DNA from: Marsupella aquatica
Lineage: Eukaryota; Plantae; Marchantiophyta
Length of the DNA stretch: 64,000 nucleotides
Assembly (NCBI GenBank): GCA_973895155.1
Contig: OZ316895.1
Location: forward strand, 19,296,803-19,360,802
Reading direction: 5' to 3'
The position numbers and the translations under genes were made by a program. Positions 11,727-22,910 of this stretch are shown here, piece after piece. The notes beneath the pieces are model-generated. The model was not told the DNA's origin, did no database searches, and was given only the letters and a program-made list of their open reading frames with translations. Positions within the stretch are counted from its first letter, which is position 1, and the number at the start of each line of letters is the position of its first letter.

Positions 11727-13121
11727 ACCCCGCCCCCGGACCCCGGCCCGCCGTCCCGGCCCGTCCCCCGACCCCCAAGCTTTACCCCGGGCCCCGAACC
11801 CGGACCCGGTCCCAACCGGATTTGGAGCCCGACTCTTTGGACCAGGGGAGACCAGGGGACCAGGGGAGATCGGGGGGAGTGTGGGAAGTGTCCGGGGGAG
11901 TCCGGCAAGTGTCCGGGGGATACAGGGGAGTTCGAGAAAATTTTGGCAAATATATGCTAATCTTTCGATTTTAGGGCCATCATTTGACTATTTTACATGC
12001 CCAGCAAGCCTTCAAGGTGCCCATAAACGTGGCATAATGGTCAAGAAAGACACCAAGATTTGGGAAACAATGCTCAACCTCGTGCGACCAAATGATGGTA
12101 GAAATTGGTAGAAGTGCACGTCCAGGTAGACAGCTTGAGGTGAGGGAGGCTGCGAGACTTCGAGAGTGTGTTGCCTTCCCGGGGCTGCGTTGGTAGAAGC
12201 CGCGTGGGAGCGTTTGTATGGATGTACAACAGCAACAAAGTAAATGCCGAATGCCAGCCAGTGGCCGCCGGGTTTTATGAGTTCGTTCCGTTTGAGACAG
12301 CCTTTATCTTCCTTTCTTCTTTCGAGCCGAGTAGCCCTGCTCCTTGCGCCAAATTAGGCGCGCCAAAACAGGCAATTCGCATTCGCCGACTAGTCAGTCT
12401 TCAATGCCTTGCTGACTCTTTGTACCTGTCGGCTACCTGCCTGTCTACCGGACTCTCTACTGTACCCTGTACACCGCCCTCCTAGCTCTCCCATGGCGCT
12501 CCTTCCTCACGGAGATTTCGCCCCAGAATAAGGGCTCTAAGTTTGACCTGTCTGTGTTCTTCCGCTCCAATTTAGTGCATTTCCTAGCATTGGACGACCC
12601 TGCCATCCGGGTGTTACATATACTTATACGTCCTTCGTCACATCCCTCGGAAGCCCTTGTCTTGTATTCCTTGTGCCTCTGACCAGTTTAACTGCATTCC
12701 TTTTTCCGTCTCTCTTCTGCCCCTGTACTCGAGCTGCAAATGCCATCAGGATCATCGTACCCCGTGACTGTGCATCTAGAGTGTCTAGTGTCGATCAGTC
12801 CTGACTCCTGACTGAACTCTCAGCACCCGCACAGACTTTCTGGGATAGACTCTTTTGCTCGACGTAGTGTACCTAGCTCGATCGATTCGTGGACATTGTG
12901 ACTTCATATTCAATTGCGGTGATCGGAGGACCTCGAGCAGCATTATTAGTGGAAGGTTGAGATTGGTTGGGTTCATCGTATGGTGAGCTCTTGCAGTGTT
13001 CTTTGAGCTGGTAGCGTTTGGTTTCGTACTGACTCCCGTTGAAGCACAGTCGTGGGAGAAGTAGAGTGAAATAGATACGATCGATCATTCAATCATCAGG
13101 AGGGAAGACAGCAGGCGGAAG

Positions 13122-14168
13122 ATGTCCACCATGAAATCTCTTCAATGGTGTACTCTGATTGCTCTTCTCTTTCTATGCTGCATTGTAAGCTCAGTTAGTG
13201 CACAGGGAATCTCCACGAGCGAACTCTTCAACAATCAGAACGACGAGGTGCCAACATTCTCTGGCGACGCGGGTCACCTACCTCTACGCGGGCTGAAGTT
13301 CCTTGTTGAGAATCCACAAACCATTCTCGATTATCACAACGGTCCGATCCTCACCAAGCAGAACACCGCGGTGTACGTCATCTGGTATGGCGCATTCACC
13401 GAGGATCTGAAGAACACAGTAAGAGATTTCTTCGCCTCCTTCAACTATTCAGTCGCTGGCACTCCGACCGTCAGCAGCTGGTGGAATCTCACCTCGGGCT
13501 ACAAGGATAGCAGTGGACACACAGTATCTCAACATCTGAACCTCGCAGCTGAGCTCGATGACGGCTCCTACTCGCTCGGAAAGGTCTTGAACAACTCCGA
13601 CGTTGAGCTTCTGGTCCAAAAAGCTGTCAACTCGACCTTCCCAGCCGATTCTCAGTCCGTTTATGTCGTGATGGCTTCAGCTGACGTTGATGTCGGCGAT
13701 TTCTGCATGAACTCTTGTGCTTCCCACTCAGCCACCAGTCCGGCGACGACTCCCGAAGGAAAGCAGCTACCGTATGCCTGGGTAGCCGACTCCGAGACTC
13801 AATGTCCCGGAAAGTGCTCGTGGCCGTTCGCCAAGGCTCAGTATGGACCCGACACTCCAGCATTGGTGCCACCAAACGCCGATGTTGGTACCGATGGAAT
13901 GATCATTAATCTCGCCACCATTCTCCCTGGTTGCATGACCAACCCATTCGATAATGGTTTCTATCAGGGTGATGCTGCTGCACCGCTCGAGGCTGCTTCC
14001 GCTTGTGCCGGTATGTTTGGACAGAATTCGTACGCCGGCAATCCTGGGGTTCTACAAACTGATAAAATTTCTGGAGCCAGTTACAACACTGAGGGTGTGA
14101 ATGGGCGGCGATTCTTGCTGCCCGCTCTCTGGGAAGCCTCTTCTCGTACTTGCACTCCCCCTTCATAG
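13122..14168 (+). CDS. EXORDIUM / phosphate-induced protein 1 (PHI-1) family secreted cell-wall protein, intronless
   Basis: Intact 348-aa ORF with a hydrophobic signal peptide and family motifs LDYHNGPIL, VYVIWYG, PTVSSWW, FCMNSCASH, QCPGKCSWPF, PPNADVGTDGM, TNPFDNGFYQG, APLEAASAC, GASYN, FLLPALW. Confidence 0.95.
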   Translation: MSTMKSLQWCTLIALLFLCCIVSSVSAQGISTSELFNNQNDEVPTFSGDAGHLPLRGLKFLVENPQTILDYHNGPILTKQNTAVYVIWYGAFTEDLKNTVRDFFASFNYSVAGTPTVSSWWNLTSGYKDSSGHTVSQHLNLAAELDDGSYSLGKVLNNSDVELLVQKAVNSTFPADSQSVYVVMASADVDVGDFCMNSCASHSATSPATTPEGKQLPYAWVADSETQCPGKCSWPFAKAQYGPDTPALVPPNADVGTDGMIINLATILPGCMTNPFDNGFYQGDAAAPLEAASACAGMFGQNSYAGNPGVLQTDKISGASYNTEGVNGRRFLLPALWEASSRTCTPPS

Positions 14169-14921
14169 AAAGAATTTTAGAAATTGCCACGTTTCGAGTT
14201 AGTTCCGCCATTTTCATGTCTGTAAGGAGACTGCTGGGTGGTGGGGGTGGTGGCTACACAGTAGTGCGGACGTTGTTTGAGTTCATACAGTAAGTAGTAA
14301 GTCGCGGAATCTGTTTTCGTTTATGTCAAGTAGCTGCTGCACTTGGTCCAGCACGTCATTGCCTGTCCTTCACCGTGCTGATAGGAGAGACAGCGACCAA
14401 CGTTGCGAGGTCTTAGGCGTCTTCTAATGTAATTATTGGCAACCATTGAATTCCTCGGTATAATGTTGTGTCTGATTGATTTTTCTTAAGTAAACAAGCA
14501 TGCCGATTTTCCGTCCAGGATCGACCTGACTTATGATCGTCTTTCACCCTTCCTAGTTGTCGAAAAGGAGGGATGCCCAGAGTGCATCACCAACATGCAT
14601 GTGTGAGGCCTTCATTTGTAGACGGGTATGAAGGTTTTGAAGAGCGCAAAATGACCCAAGACACTGGAGGAAGCTGTAAGTTTGGCTCTTGTGACCACTC
14701 CGTTTATTCTAATTAGATTCGACAATTTCCTATCGAAGCATTTGTGTTATCGATCTGGAAGCCAGCCATTAATTGTGTCAAGTAAAAGTCCGCCACTATT
14801 ATTGGATTTGTGATACGTTGTGTTTCCCATAGGCTGTAAGGAAAGTAGATACCCGAAAACGCAAACCCACTTACCTCTGTTCATTCAATGGGCACTGTAC
14901 TCCACAGGTGCAAAGTGACAG

Positions 14922-15004
14922 ACATCAATTGTTTTCTTCAGTGGAACGAATAACTTAAATACATCAATTGTTTTCTTCATTGGAACGAAGAACTTAAATA
15001 CATC
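14922..15004. repeat. 39-bp tandem duplication
   Basis: ACATCAATTGTTTTCTTCA(G/T)TGGAACGAA(T/G)AACTTAAAT x2. Confidence 0.85.
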
Positions 15005-15334
15005 GGTTTCTAAGACTCTTAACAACATGCAAGCTACGTCTGACGTGGCCCGTATTCGTGGAGGAGTCGATTGGGCGTGCCAACTAAATTATATATTTCG
15101 AACGTGTAATGCAAGTGGAAGGTCCTACAGAAGCGGAAAGAGAGCGGGGAATGTTGTAAGGGCATTCTCACACATGGTTTCTAGTGATCCGAGTAGCAAG
15201 GCGGATGAGCAGGCAGTCGCGGGCCTGGGCAAGTCAGGTTCCCCACCCTAACCCAATAAATTGTAGCACCACATCCTTGAGCCCTCCCAATGCCACTGAA
15301 CTGTGGCACCACATGCTTGATCTGTAGGAGTGTT

Positions 15335-15970
15335 TGCAAACACTCCCCCTACCACTGAGCTGTAGCAGTTTACTACAAACTCTACATGCTTGAGCCCACC
15401 CCATCTCACTAAGCTGTGGTAGCAAATGCATGAGCTGTAGCAAACACCCCCCCTACCACTCAGCTTAGCAGTTTACTACAAACTCTACATGCTTGAGCCC
15501 ACCCCATCTCACTAAGCTGCGGTAGCAAATGCTTTAGCTTGGAAACACTCGAACCATTTAAGATCTATCAATTATCTGGATCACTCAAGTAACATTTTTC
15601 ATTTCATTTTGGTGGTTATTTATATCTGGATCACTCATGAGGTCCATCAAGTAACACTTCTCATTTTGGGGGTCTTAAAGTAACACTTCTTATTTTGGGG
15701 GTCTTAAAGTGTATCTATCAACTTCTTGATGCCAGCTTGGATCACTCATGAGGTCCATCAAGTAACACTTTTCATTTTGGGGGTCTTAAAGTGTATCTAT
15801 CAACTTCTTGATGCCAGCTTTCAAGTTCTTGAAAAGGTGAATTGATGTTGAAATCTCTTGGCTGAATGGAAGGTGAGACAAACATGAGTTAATGTTGAAA
15901 TCTCTTAACCGAATGATAGGTGAGCCAAACATGAGTTGATGTTGAAATCTCTTGGCCGAATGTAAGGTGA
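15335..15970. repeat. Cluster of local tandem duplications (~105-bp x2, mosaic 30-110-bp units, ~50-bp x3)
   Basis: CAAACAC..CCCTACCACT...GGTAGCAAATGC twice; GGATCACTCATGAGGTCCATCAAGTAACACTT repeated; GATGTTGAAATCTCTT...AAACATGAGTT x3. Confidence 0.8.
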
Positions 15971-16389
15971 GCTCTTCTGCAACCGCACATCACTCAAGCC
16001 ATTCCTTTGGTTTATGAGTGAAGATGATGGGTAGACAGTATTTACCATCTTTCTTCACTCTTCAAGCAAAATAATTGTTGAGCAACTTACACACCTTGCC
16101 AAGGGGCAAGCCCCCAACACAATGTTCACTCATGTCCCAACCCATCCCCTTCAGCAAACCGTCAGCCCACCTCACAGCCCACTGATCATTGTATTCAGAG
16201 ACTAACTTCTCCAACCTTGACCTGCTTCCTCTAAACAGGGGAAAGTCTCAATCTTGGCAGACTTATTTGCAATTGATCCTCCCTTGAGCCCAACATTCAA
16301 GCTTACATCCACTTGATCTGCATTGCTCTGTTCAATAACCTGCAGCCAAGACTCAACCTCATTGGCATCAAGCTCAACCAAAGTGGATA

Positions 16390-16501
16390 GTGCATCCAAA
16401 GAAACAGCTTCCTTATATGCCTCACTGAATGCATAGTTGTATTGAGTGCATCCAAAGAAACAGCTTCCTTATATGCCTCACTGAATGCATAGTTGTATTG
16501 A
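16390..16501. repeat. 57-bp tandem duplication
   Basis: GTGCATCCAAAGAAACAGCTTCCTTATATGCCTCACTGAATGCATAGTTGTATTGA x2. Confidence 0.85.
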
Positions 16502-18235
16502 ACTCTAAAGTTCACATGCCTCCCCATCAACATTCAAATCATCAAGGAGAAGCATCTCCCTTGTGACATCTAAATAACCTTCAGGGACAACTCTGTTGCT
16601 TAACTTTGCCTTCATCTAAATAAAATCACATGACCAACTCTCTCAAACCAGCTCCTAAGTTGCGTAACAATCACTCCAAATGACACAAGCTGCCCAGTTG
16701 CTACAACCAATGCATAGATACAAGAACTCAAGACAAGACAAGCTGACCACTTGACTACAGTGGTGGACCTAGCCACCTAGTGTCTTCACCAATCCCAACA
16801 CTCTTGCCTAAGTGTTCTTGGTGCCCAAACGGTTACATGGAATTCCTTGAGCAAACAACTTGGTGCCTCTATCACCACCAGTGACAACTCCCATACGAAA
16901 TGTCACACGTCGTTCAATGGTCTTTGTAGTCTGCACAAGCAACCAAACATCTCGATAAATAACTCAATAGAATCTAGGAACTCCAAGACCATTATCTTGA
17001 CTCAAGCTCACAGACATTGGTAAATAGGCCAGTGAATTAAACCTCCCAAGCCCACATGACCTTGCCATAAGCTGAAGCTAGAGCTGACACCCACTATTTG
17101 TTCAAAATAGTCCGTCTGTCAGATGCCACCCGAGCTTCCCCACTTTTCATCCGTCACTAGCTGACCACCTTGCCTCCAGCACATGCTCATGGTCCAAATA
17201 ACTAGCTTGTCCCTAAGCTTGTCCCAAAATGTTGGGACCGAATTGGCCCTGACTCTAGCAACCAACTCTAAAGTTCCAACTCAACTGAGTGTCTAAGGCC
17301 AAAGTGCACTCAGACCTTAACATCCACACCTACTCTAGACGTAATGTCTCCCCAATGCAAGCTCCCATGAGAAACTAAACGTGGTTTGGCTGCTATTTTG
17401 ACAAGATTTGGCAAGTGAGCAAGATAGCCCCCGCAAACCTCAAGAATCAATGGCACCCCTAGACCCAACTGAGCTCATGATGATATATTCCTCCTCAAGA
17501 GCTTTTCAAACCAAAATGATAATTCTAGTAACAAAGGTAGTGAGTATTGAGAAAGAATCAAGTGAAACTAATATACTATCAAACCTACTTCATCATACTT
17601 GCGGATCAACATTTCTCAAACTCTAGCTTTTTTACGACATATTGATCCTAATATTTCCAAGAAAAAATGAAATAGAAATATAATTTGGATTTCTATTCAG
17701 ATTCATGACTTTAATAGAGGACAAAAATAATGCACTCCTACTTCTTTTGATAAGACACTATTATACTATTGGCTACAAATTAAGCTCCAAAATGATAGAT
17801 CAAGTGTTACCTCATTGATGGTTTGTCTAAAATATGGATACTAATAAAAAATAAATTACAAAGTGGAAGATTAGAAATATATTTCTCTTTTAAATTCATG
17901 ATGACTCTTATATTTCTTTGTTGTCTAGGCAAAGGACCCCCTTCCCTAAATTTCCAAAGAGATCTTGTTCTTTAACATCTCATCTATAAATCTATCACTC
18001 ATTCATTTGTTTTTCGGGCCAAATGATGTCTCACTACTATGTTCAAGGCAAGACGTGTTTTATAATCTTGAATGATAAAATTGAGGAATGAGGGGAGAGT
18101 GCCCCTTTCCATTTAATTTATAGTGCTCATTAAGAGGGCATGGATCAAGCCCCAACACTTGGAGGAAAGCCAAGTGGCAAGCATCGAAGGTACAAAAGTG
18201 TGCCCAAAAGATAATGGAGGAACTATATACTATAT

Positions 18236-18415
18236 TGTAGCTAATGGACTTACTGTAGTTCATACAATGTAGCTAGTGGAGCTATTGTAGGCTGCACACT
18301 GTAGCTAGTGGAGCAATTGTAGTCCTGTACTATAGCTAGTGGAGCTACTATAATTTGTACATTGTAGTTTATACACTGTAGTTAGTGGAACAACTATAAT
18401 CCGTACACTATAGCC
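18236..18415. repeat. Degenerate ~32-bp minisatellite
   Basis: About 5 copies of TGTAGCTAGTGGAGCTATTGTAG...ACAC. Confidence 0.75.
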
Positions 18416-21400
18416 TCGGGGGCACTATATGTAGGGCTCTACATCACGTGCAATGTTTTAGGGTCTAGACCCCCTAACTTTTAAGTGAAAAAAAATTTGC
18501 CCACTCCCTTACTTTCTGAAAAGTGGCCATTTTTGAATTAAATACCCTTATAAAACCTTATCTAAAGTTCTATGATGATTTTAAAAATGCCTATTAAGAA
18601 AAGTAAAGTACCTCAATAGTGTAGAGCCAATTGTGCAAATTGATCCGCATTTCCAATACATTCAATGTATTTAGATCGTGAAGTTGAGTATCTTCTAAAT
18701 TGCATTCATGATTCTTGAATAGTGAAGCATGGTGGGTGCCAGATACCATGAATAGGTAACCTAACACCATGGATTACCTATTCAAGGCATTGGTTCTCTA
18801 CCTTGCTTCACAAGCTCCCAACATAATGATGTTCACATGACAAAGGGGAATTGAATCCCTAATTGAGTATAAATCTCAATTTGCCAATCCGCCATCCCCT
18901 ACTCTACTCCCTCCCACTAACCCTAAACATGCATCACATACACACACAACAAACTACTTTCAAATAAACAATACTCTATTATATATCACAATTTACTCAC
19001 ACTCTCAATGTATGTGGTCAAAGCCTGCAAGTCACTTGCATCTAGTACATGATATACTATGTCAACTATCCCAGACTTCATTGTCAAGTTCACATTTGAA
19101 ATTACCATCTCAATATCAATCCATTGTCCATCCGTTGCATCATAAGTGAACAAAGTTTTGTTGTTACCAATCGATTTGTACCAATTACACTGCAAGCGGC
19201 ACACACTTCCACTCTGTCCAACTACAGGTACATGCCTGTCCAACAGATCTATTACTTTCCGACGTTTGACCCAATGAGAGCCATAATTCTTCTGTATCAT
19301 AAACTCAATCCTACCCAACCAATATTCTTTCTTTGTAGATATTGCCTCAACAGCAGGCGCTTTTTCTCTTTCCTTCCTCTTCTTTGACTTGGATGATCTG
19401 GTAGAAGGACCAACCTCTGCAGCAAACTCAAACAAAATTGTTATATCACTACCAATGTCAATCAAACAAGTCACAGAGTCACAATTTTCCTTCTCCTTAC
19501 TAGTACTGTAATAGGTCTTTTGGGCTATCCTAGTTAGCCTATCCTTTGACATGAAAGGATTGTAGCATAATTGACTCACAAGATTGGACTTGTAGATAGT
19601 CCTTCCCTCGTAACTTACAGTAGACACTAGTGACCGGGGTGTCTGCACATCAGTTAACTCTGCTTGAACTCCAACCAAGACATGCCTTACTTCATGTCCT
19701 AGTGTCTCCATCTCACAAAATGGGTTAGTGTCCATCTCAATCTCACAATCATCAACTATTAATGGCTCAATAAAATTCTGACTGTCCAGAGTGTCCCATG
19801 AATCAATCCGATTGAGATCTTCTTCAGGATCATCAAACTTTAGAAACTCTCCAATTGGAGGCTCAGGTCTAGGGCCTACATTAGATCGATGCTCAACTGT
19901 GTCTTCAACATTATCACATATTAACACAACCTCTTTCATGACACTTGTATTTGGCCAAGTCTCTGCCTCCACCTCCCAAGGATGAACCCACCATCGTCTT
20001 TTTGTTGCTGGCAAAGAACTCCTTGGTGACATGTTCAGCTTGCACAACAAATCCTTTGCTTCCTGCAAACCTTCCTTTAGAGCATCAACAACTAGCTCAT
20101 TAGTCTGAACTGCAAAGTAATCAAATAAATTTGGAGCTTGTTCTCCTTCATCCGAAGGATGTAAAGTTTCCCAAACATGATCATGTTTATCATGTGATCA
20201 ATGAATCTTCAATCCCTCTAGTCCATACTCTAATCCAGCTAGTCTATTCAGTCCCACTACACTGTCCAATAGAGATCCAAAGTCATAATTTCTCTCATGG
20301 CCACTCATGCCACCTACCTTGTTGAAAATATCTCACAGCAATTTGATCCCAACAAGTGAAATGCAACTTGCAGAATATGGGAACTTGTCCCAAAAGGCAC
20401 AGATTAACAATACTACAAAATGACAAGACATGTTGATATCATGGAAAGCCTGCACAAAAATCATGTTCTTCTCTGTGATAGATCCAACATTTCCTGTCAC
20501 AGAATGATCACCATACCTCAACCATAGCCTCCATAATCGGAAGAAGCAAGATACCTTTGATGCCAAGACAACACGGGTTCTTAGGTCATGCTTAAAAAAG
20601 AAGAAAATATCTATGTAGTCTACACAAACCTCCAAGTATATCATGGTCCCAAAGCTTTGTCATGACGAACATCTCGTCGCTCATACATATGCTGCAGGTA
20701 GGCCTGCATTCTTCTGGAAGCTATTCGTTGTGGGCCAGCCCAGTTTTGTCTATCTATCCTATTCACATCATCCCAAATGAATGCAAACCATGCTCATGAA
20801 TTGCATAATGGTTATAAATAGATGTGACATATGACAAAGATGCATGCATGCTGATCACCAAGAACTAACATAGCAGACACTCGGTCCAATGGGTTAACTG
20901 CCTTCTTGCCATTGTGAGGTGGGTCTTGGTCTCCAAAACCATACAAATCTCCATTTGGAAGTATGGACAATGAGTATTGCCACCCAACCCATCTTACACT
21001 GTACCTAGGAAAGGAACCATTCATAGCAGTATAATCTTTCATCATCAATTTCCTACAACAAGCATCACCATCACTAGCATGGCCCAACAAAAGGACCAAC
21101 ATTGTCTCTGCAATGTGTGTCCCACATGGACTTTAGCTGCACCCAATGCTCTCTTACCCAAGGAGCTTTAAACTTGTTACATATTGGTACAACACACAAT
21201 GCCAATTTAGGCATCTTTGCATGCAAAGGATTGACAATGATTACTCTAGCATACATGCCTTTGGCACACTGCTCAAAAGTACTTACAATCTTGTCATACC
21301 CTTCAGTAGCTGCTCCAACCAGTACTTCCAAGCCAAAAGAACATGTGTGCTCTTCTAAGGGGCCACAAAAACCAATGAGAGTGTCATAGTTAGCTTCCTA

Positions 21401-22292
21401 TATGTCACACACAATACAATATAGACATCAGCTCATGATGTGAAAACTCACCCAACACATTGAAAAGAACAAGCTAATTTACTATAGAGACAAAAATACG
21501 CGGTAGCGAGGATCATCAGTTATTAGTTTTGCCGCCTTGAAATTTCTGAATCTCAGCTGAGCAGCTGAGATAGGGCCTTCGCATTTTTGTGCATCTCAGC
21601 TTGAGCAGCTGAGATTGACTCAATCTTAGCTGACCTCGCCGAGATCGGCATAAGGACAAAAAAAACGGATTTATTTTTATTTGATTATTTTTGAAAAATT
21701 CCAACCAAAAAAAATCGACACAATTTGGCATCCGTACCGTACGGACATTGAACTATCTCGGCGGGTCTTGCCGAGATGTGGTATCCGTAGGGTACGGACA
21801 CCCAATAGTGAAAAGAAATTCATTTTTTTTCTCCATCAAATTTTGAGAAAAATAATAATTTTGTATTTTTTTTTGGCGCCTCAACTTGGCGGCCTCTCTG
21901 AGATGACGTGACGACTGATATCAGGTTGATTGATGGAAAACACTGATAACTAATGATGTAGCTTTACTAAAAACATACAAACATAGGTCTCTCTTTTATC
22001 CTTGTTTCATCCTCAGCAAACATTACTGGTACATCTCCTGAAATTCCAAATGATTACTTTGATGCACATAGTACTCTCCACACCTCCTGGAATATCTCTT
22101 TTCAAATGCCAGCTCTAAAGGGTGGTAGTTTTGCTCTATCACATTTCAAGGTCTTCAAGACCACCTAGGTTTGCCTGGAAATAATGAGCCAGTTGTCTGC
22201 CTCCAAACTGGAACATTGCTTGGAAAAAGGCCTTGGTTCTCTTATTGTATTGATAACCCTTAGCATTTCTCTACAAGTTCTTAGCTACATCT

Positions 22293-22633
22293 TGTTGAGC
22301 ATAGACGACATTTGCAACGGCAAGCCCATGAACCATCCAACGCACAATAGTCAACACAAAGAGATACGTGGTTCACCTCCACATGAGGCTACGTCCACGG
22401 GAACACACAAGAGCTTTATTGCACTCTAGGCCGACCGGTCATACCAAGCATCCACAACACAAGCTCTCCCTATCTCTCAACTAGCTCCGCAATGAACCCA
22501 AGTTCCACTAGGGTCTGGCATCAGCCCTGGCTATATGCACAATAGCACTACCGCTAACATTAGCTAAGTCCTAACCCGAGTTAGATTAACTGTGTTTAGC
22601 TCATGAGTCACAAGACTAGAGCAATATCTAACA
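22293..22633 (-). repeat. Copia 3' LTR
   Basis: TGTTGAGC...TCTAACA, highly similar to 33212-33555; adjacent PPT (AACTCCCCCTTG on +). Confidence 0.95.
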
Positions 22634-22910
22634 AACTCCCCCTTGACTCTTGTCTTGGGGACTGGACTAAATGCTACCATATGGATTCCTCAGTGGGAAG
22701 TTCTAGAAATCACCAAACCAGGTCTTCCCCTAAAAACCACAAGGGTTAACTAAGGGTTAACTAGAACTAAGCCGTAGCTAAACAGGAATGAGTAATCCAT
22801 ATACAAATAGTCTTACATTGCTAAATAACTCTACTTACACTACAACTGCAAAACTTGCAAAGTAGCACGGTGTCTTGAGAAACTCTCCAAAGGAATCACT
22901 TTGGTAAAGG

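Noticed and set aside
11525-12111. Pro/Gly-rich ORFs of 149-183 aa
   Set aside because: They span the LTR/GC-rich repeat junction and are an artefact of low stop-codon density.
15840-15970. Three ~50-bp repeats resembling a CRISPR array
   Set aside because: The units are contiguous near-identical tandem copies without unique spacers; eukaryotic context and no cas genes.
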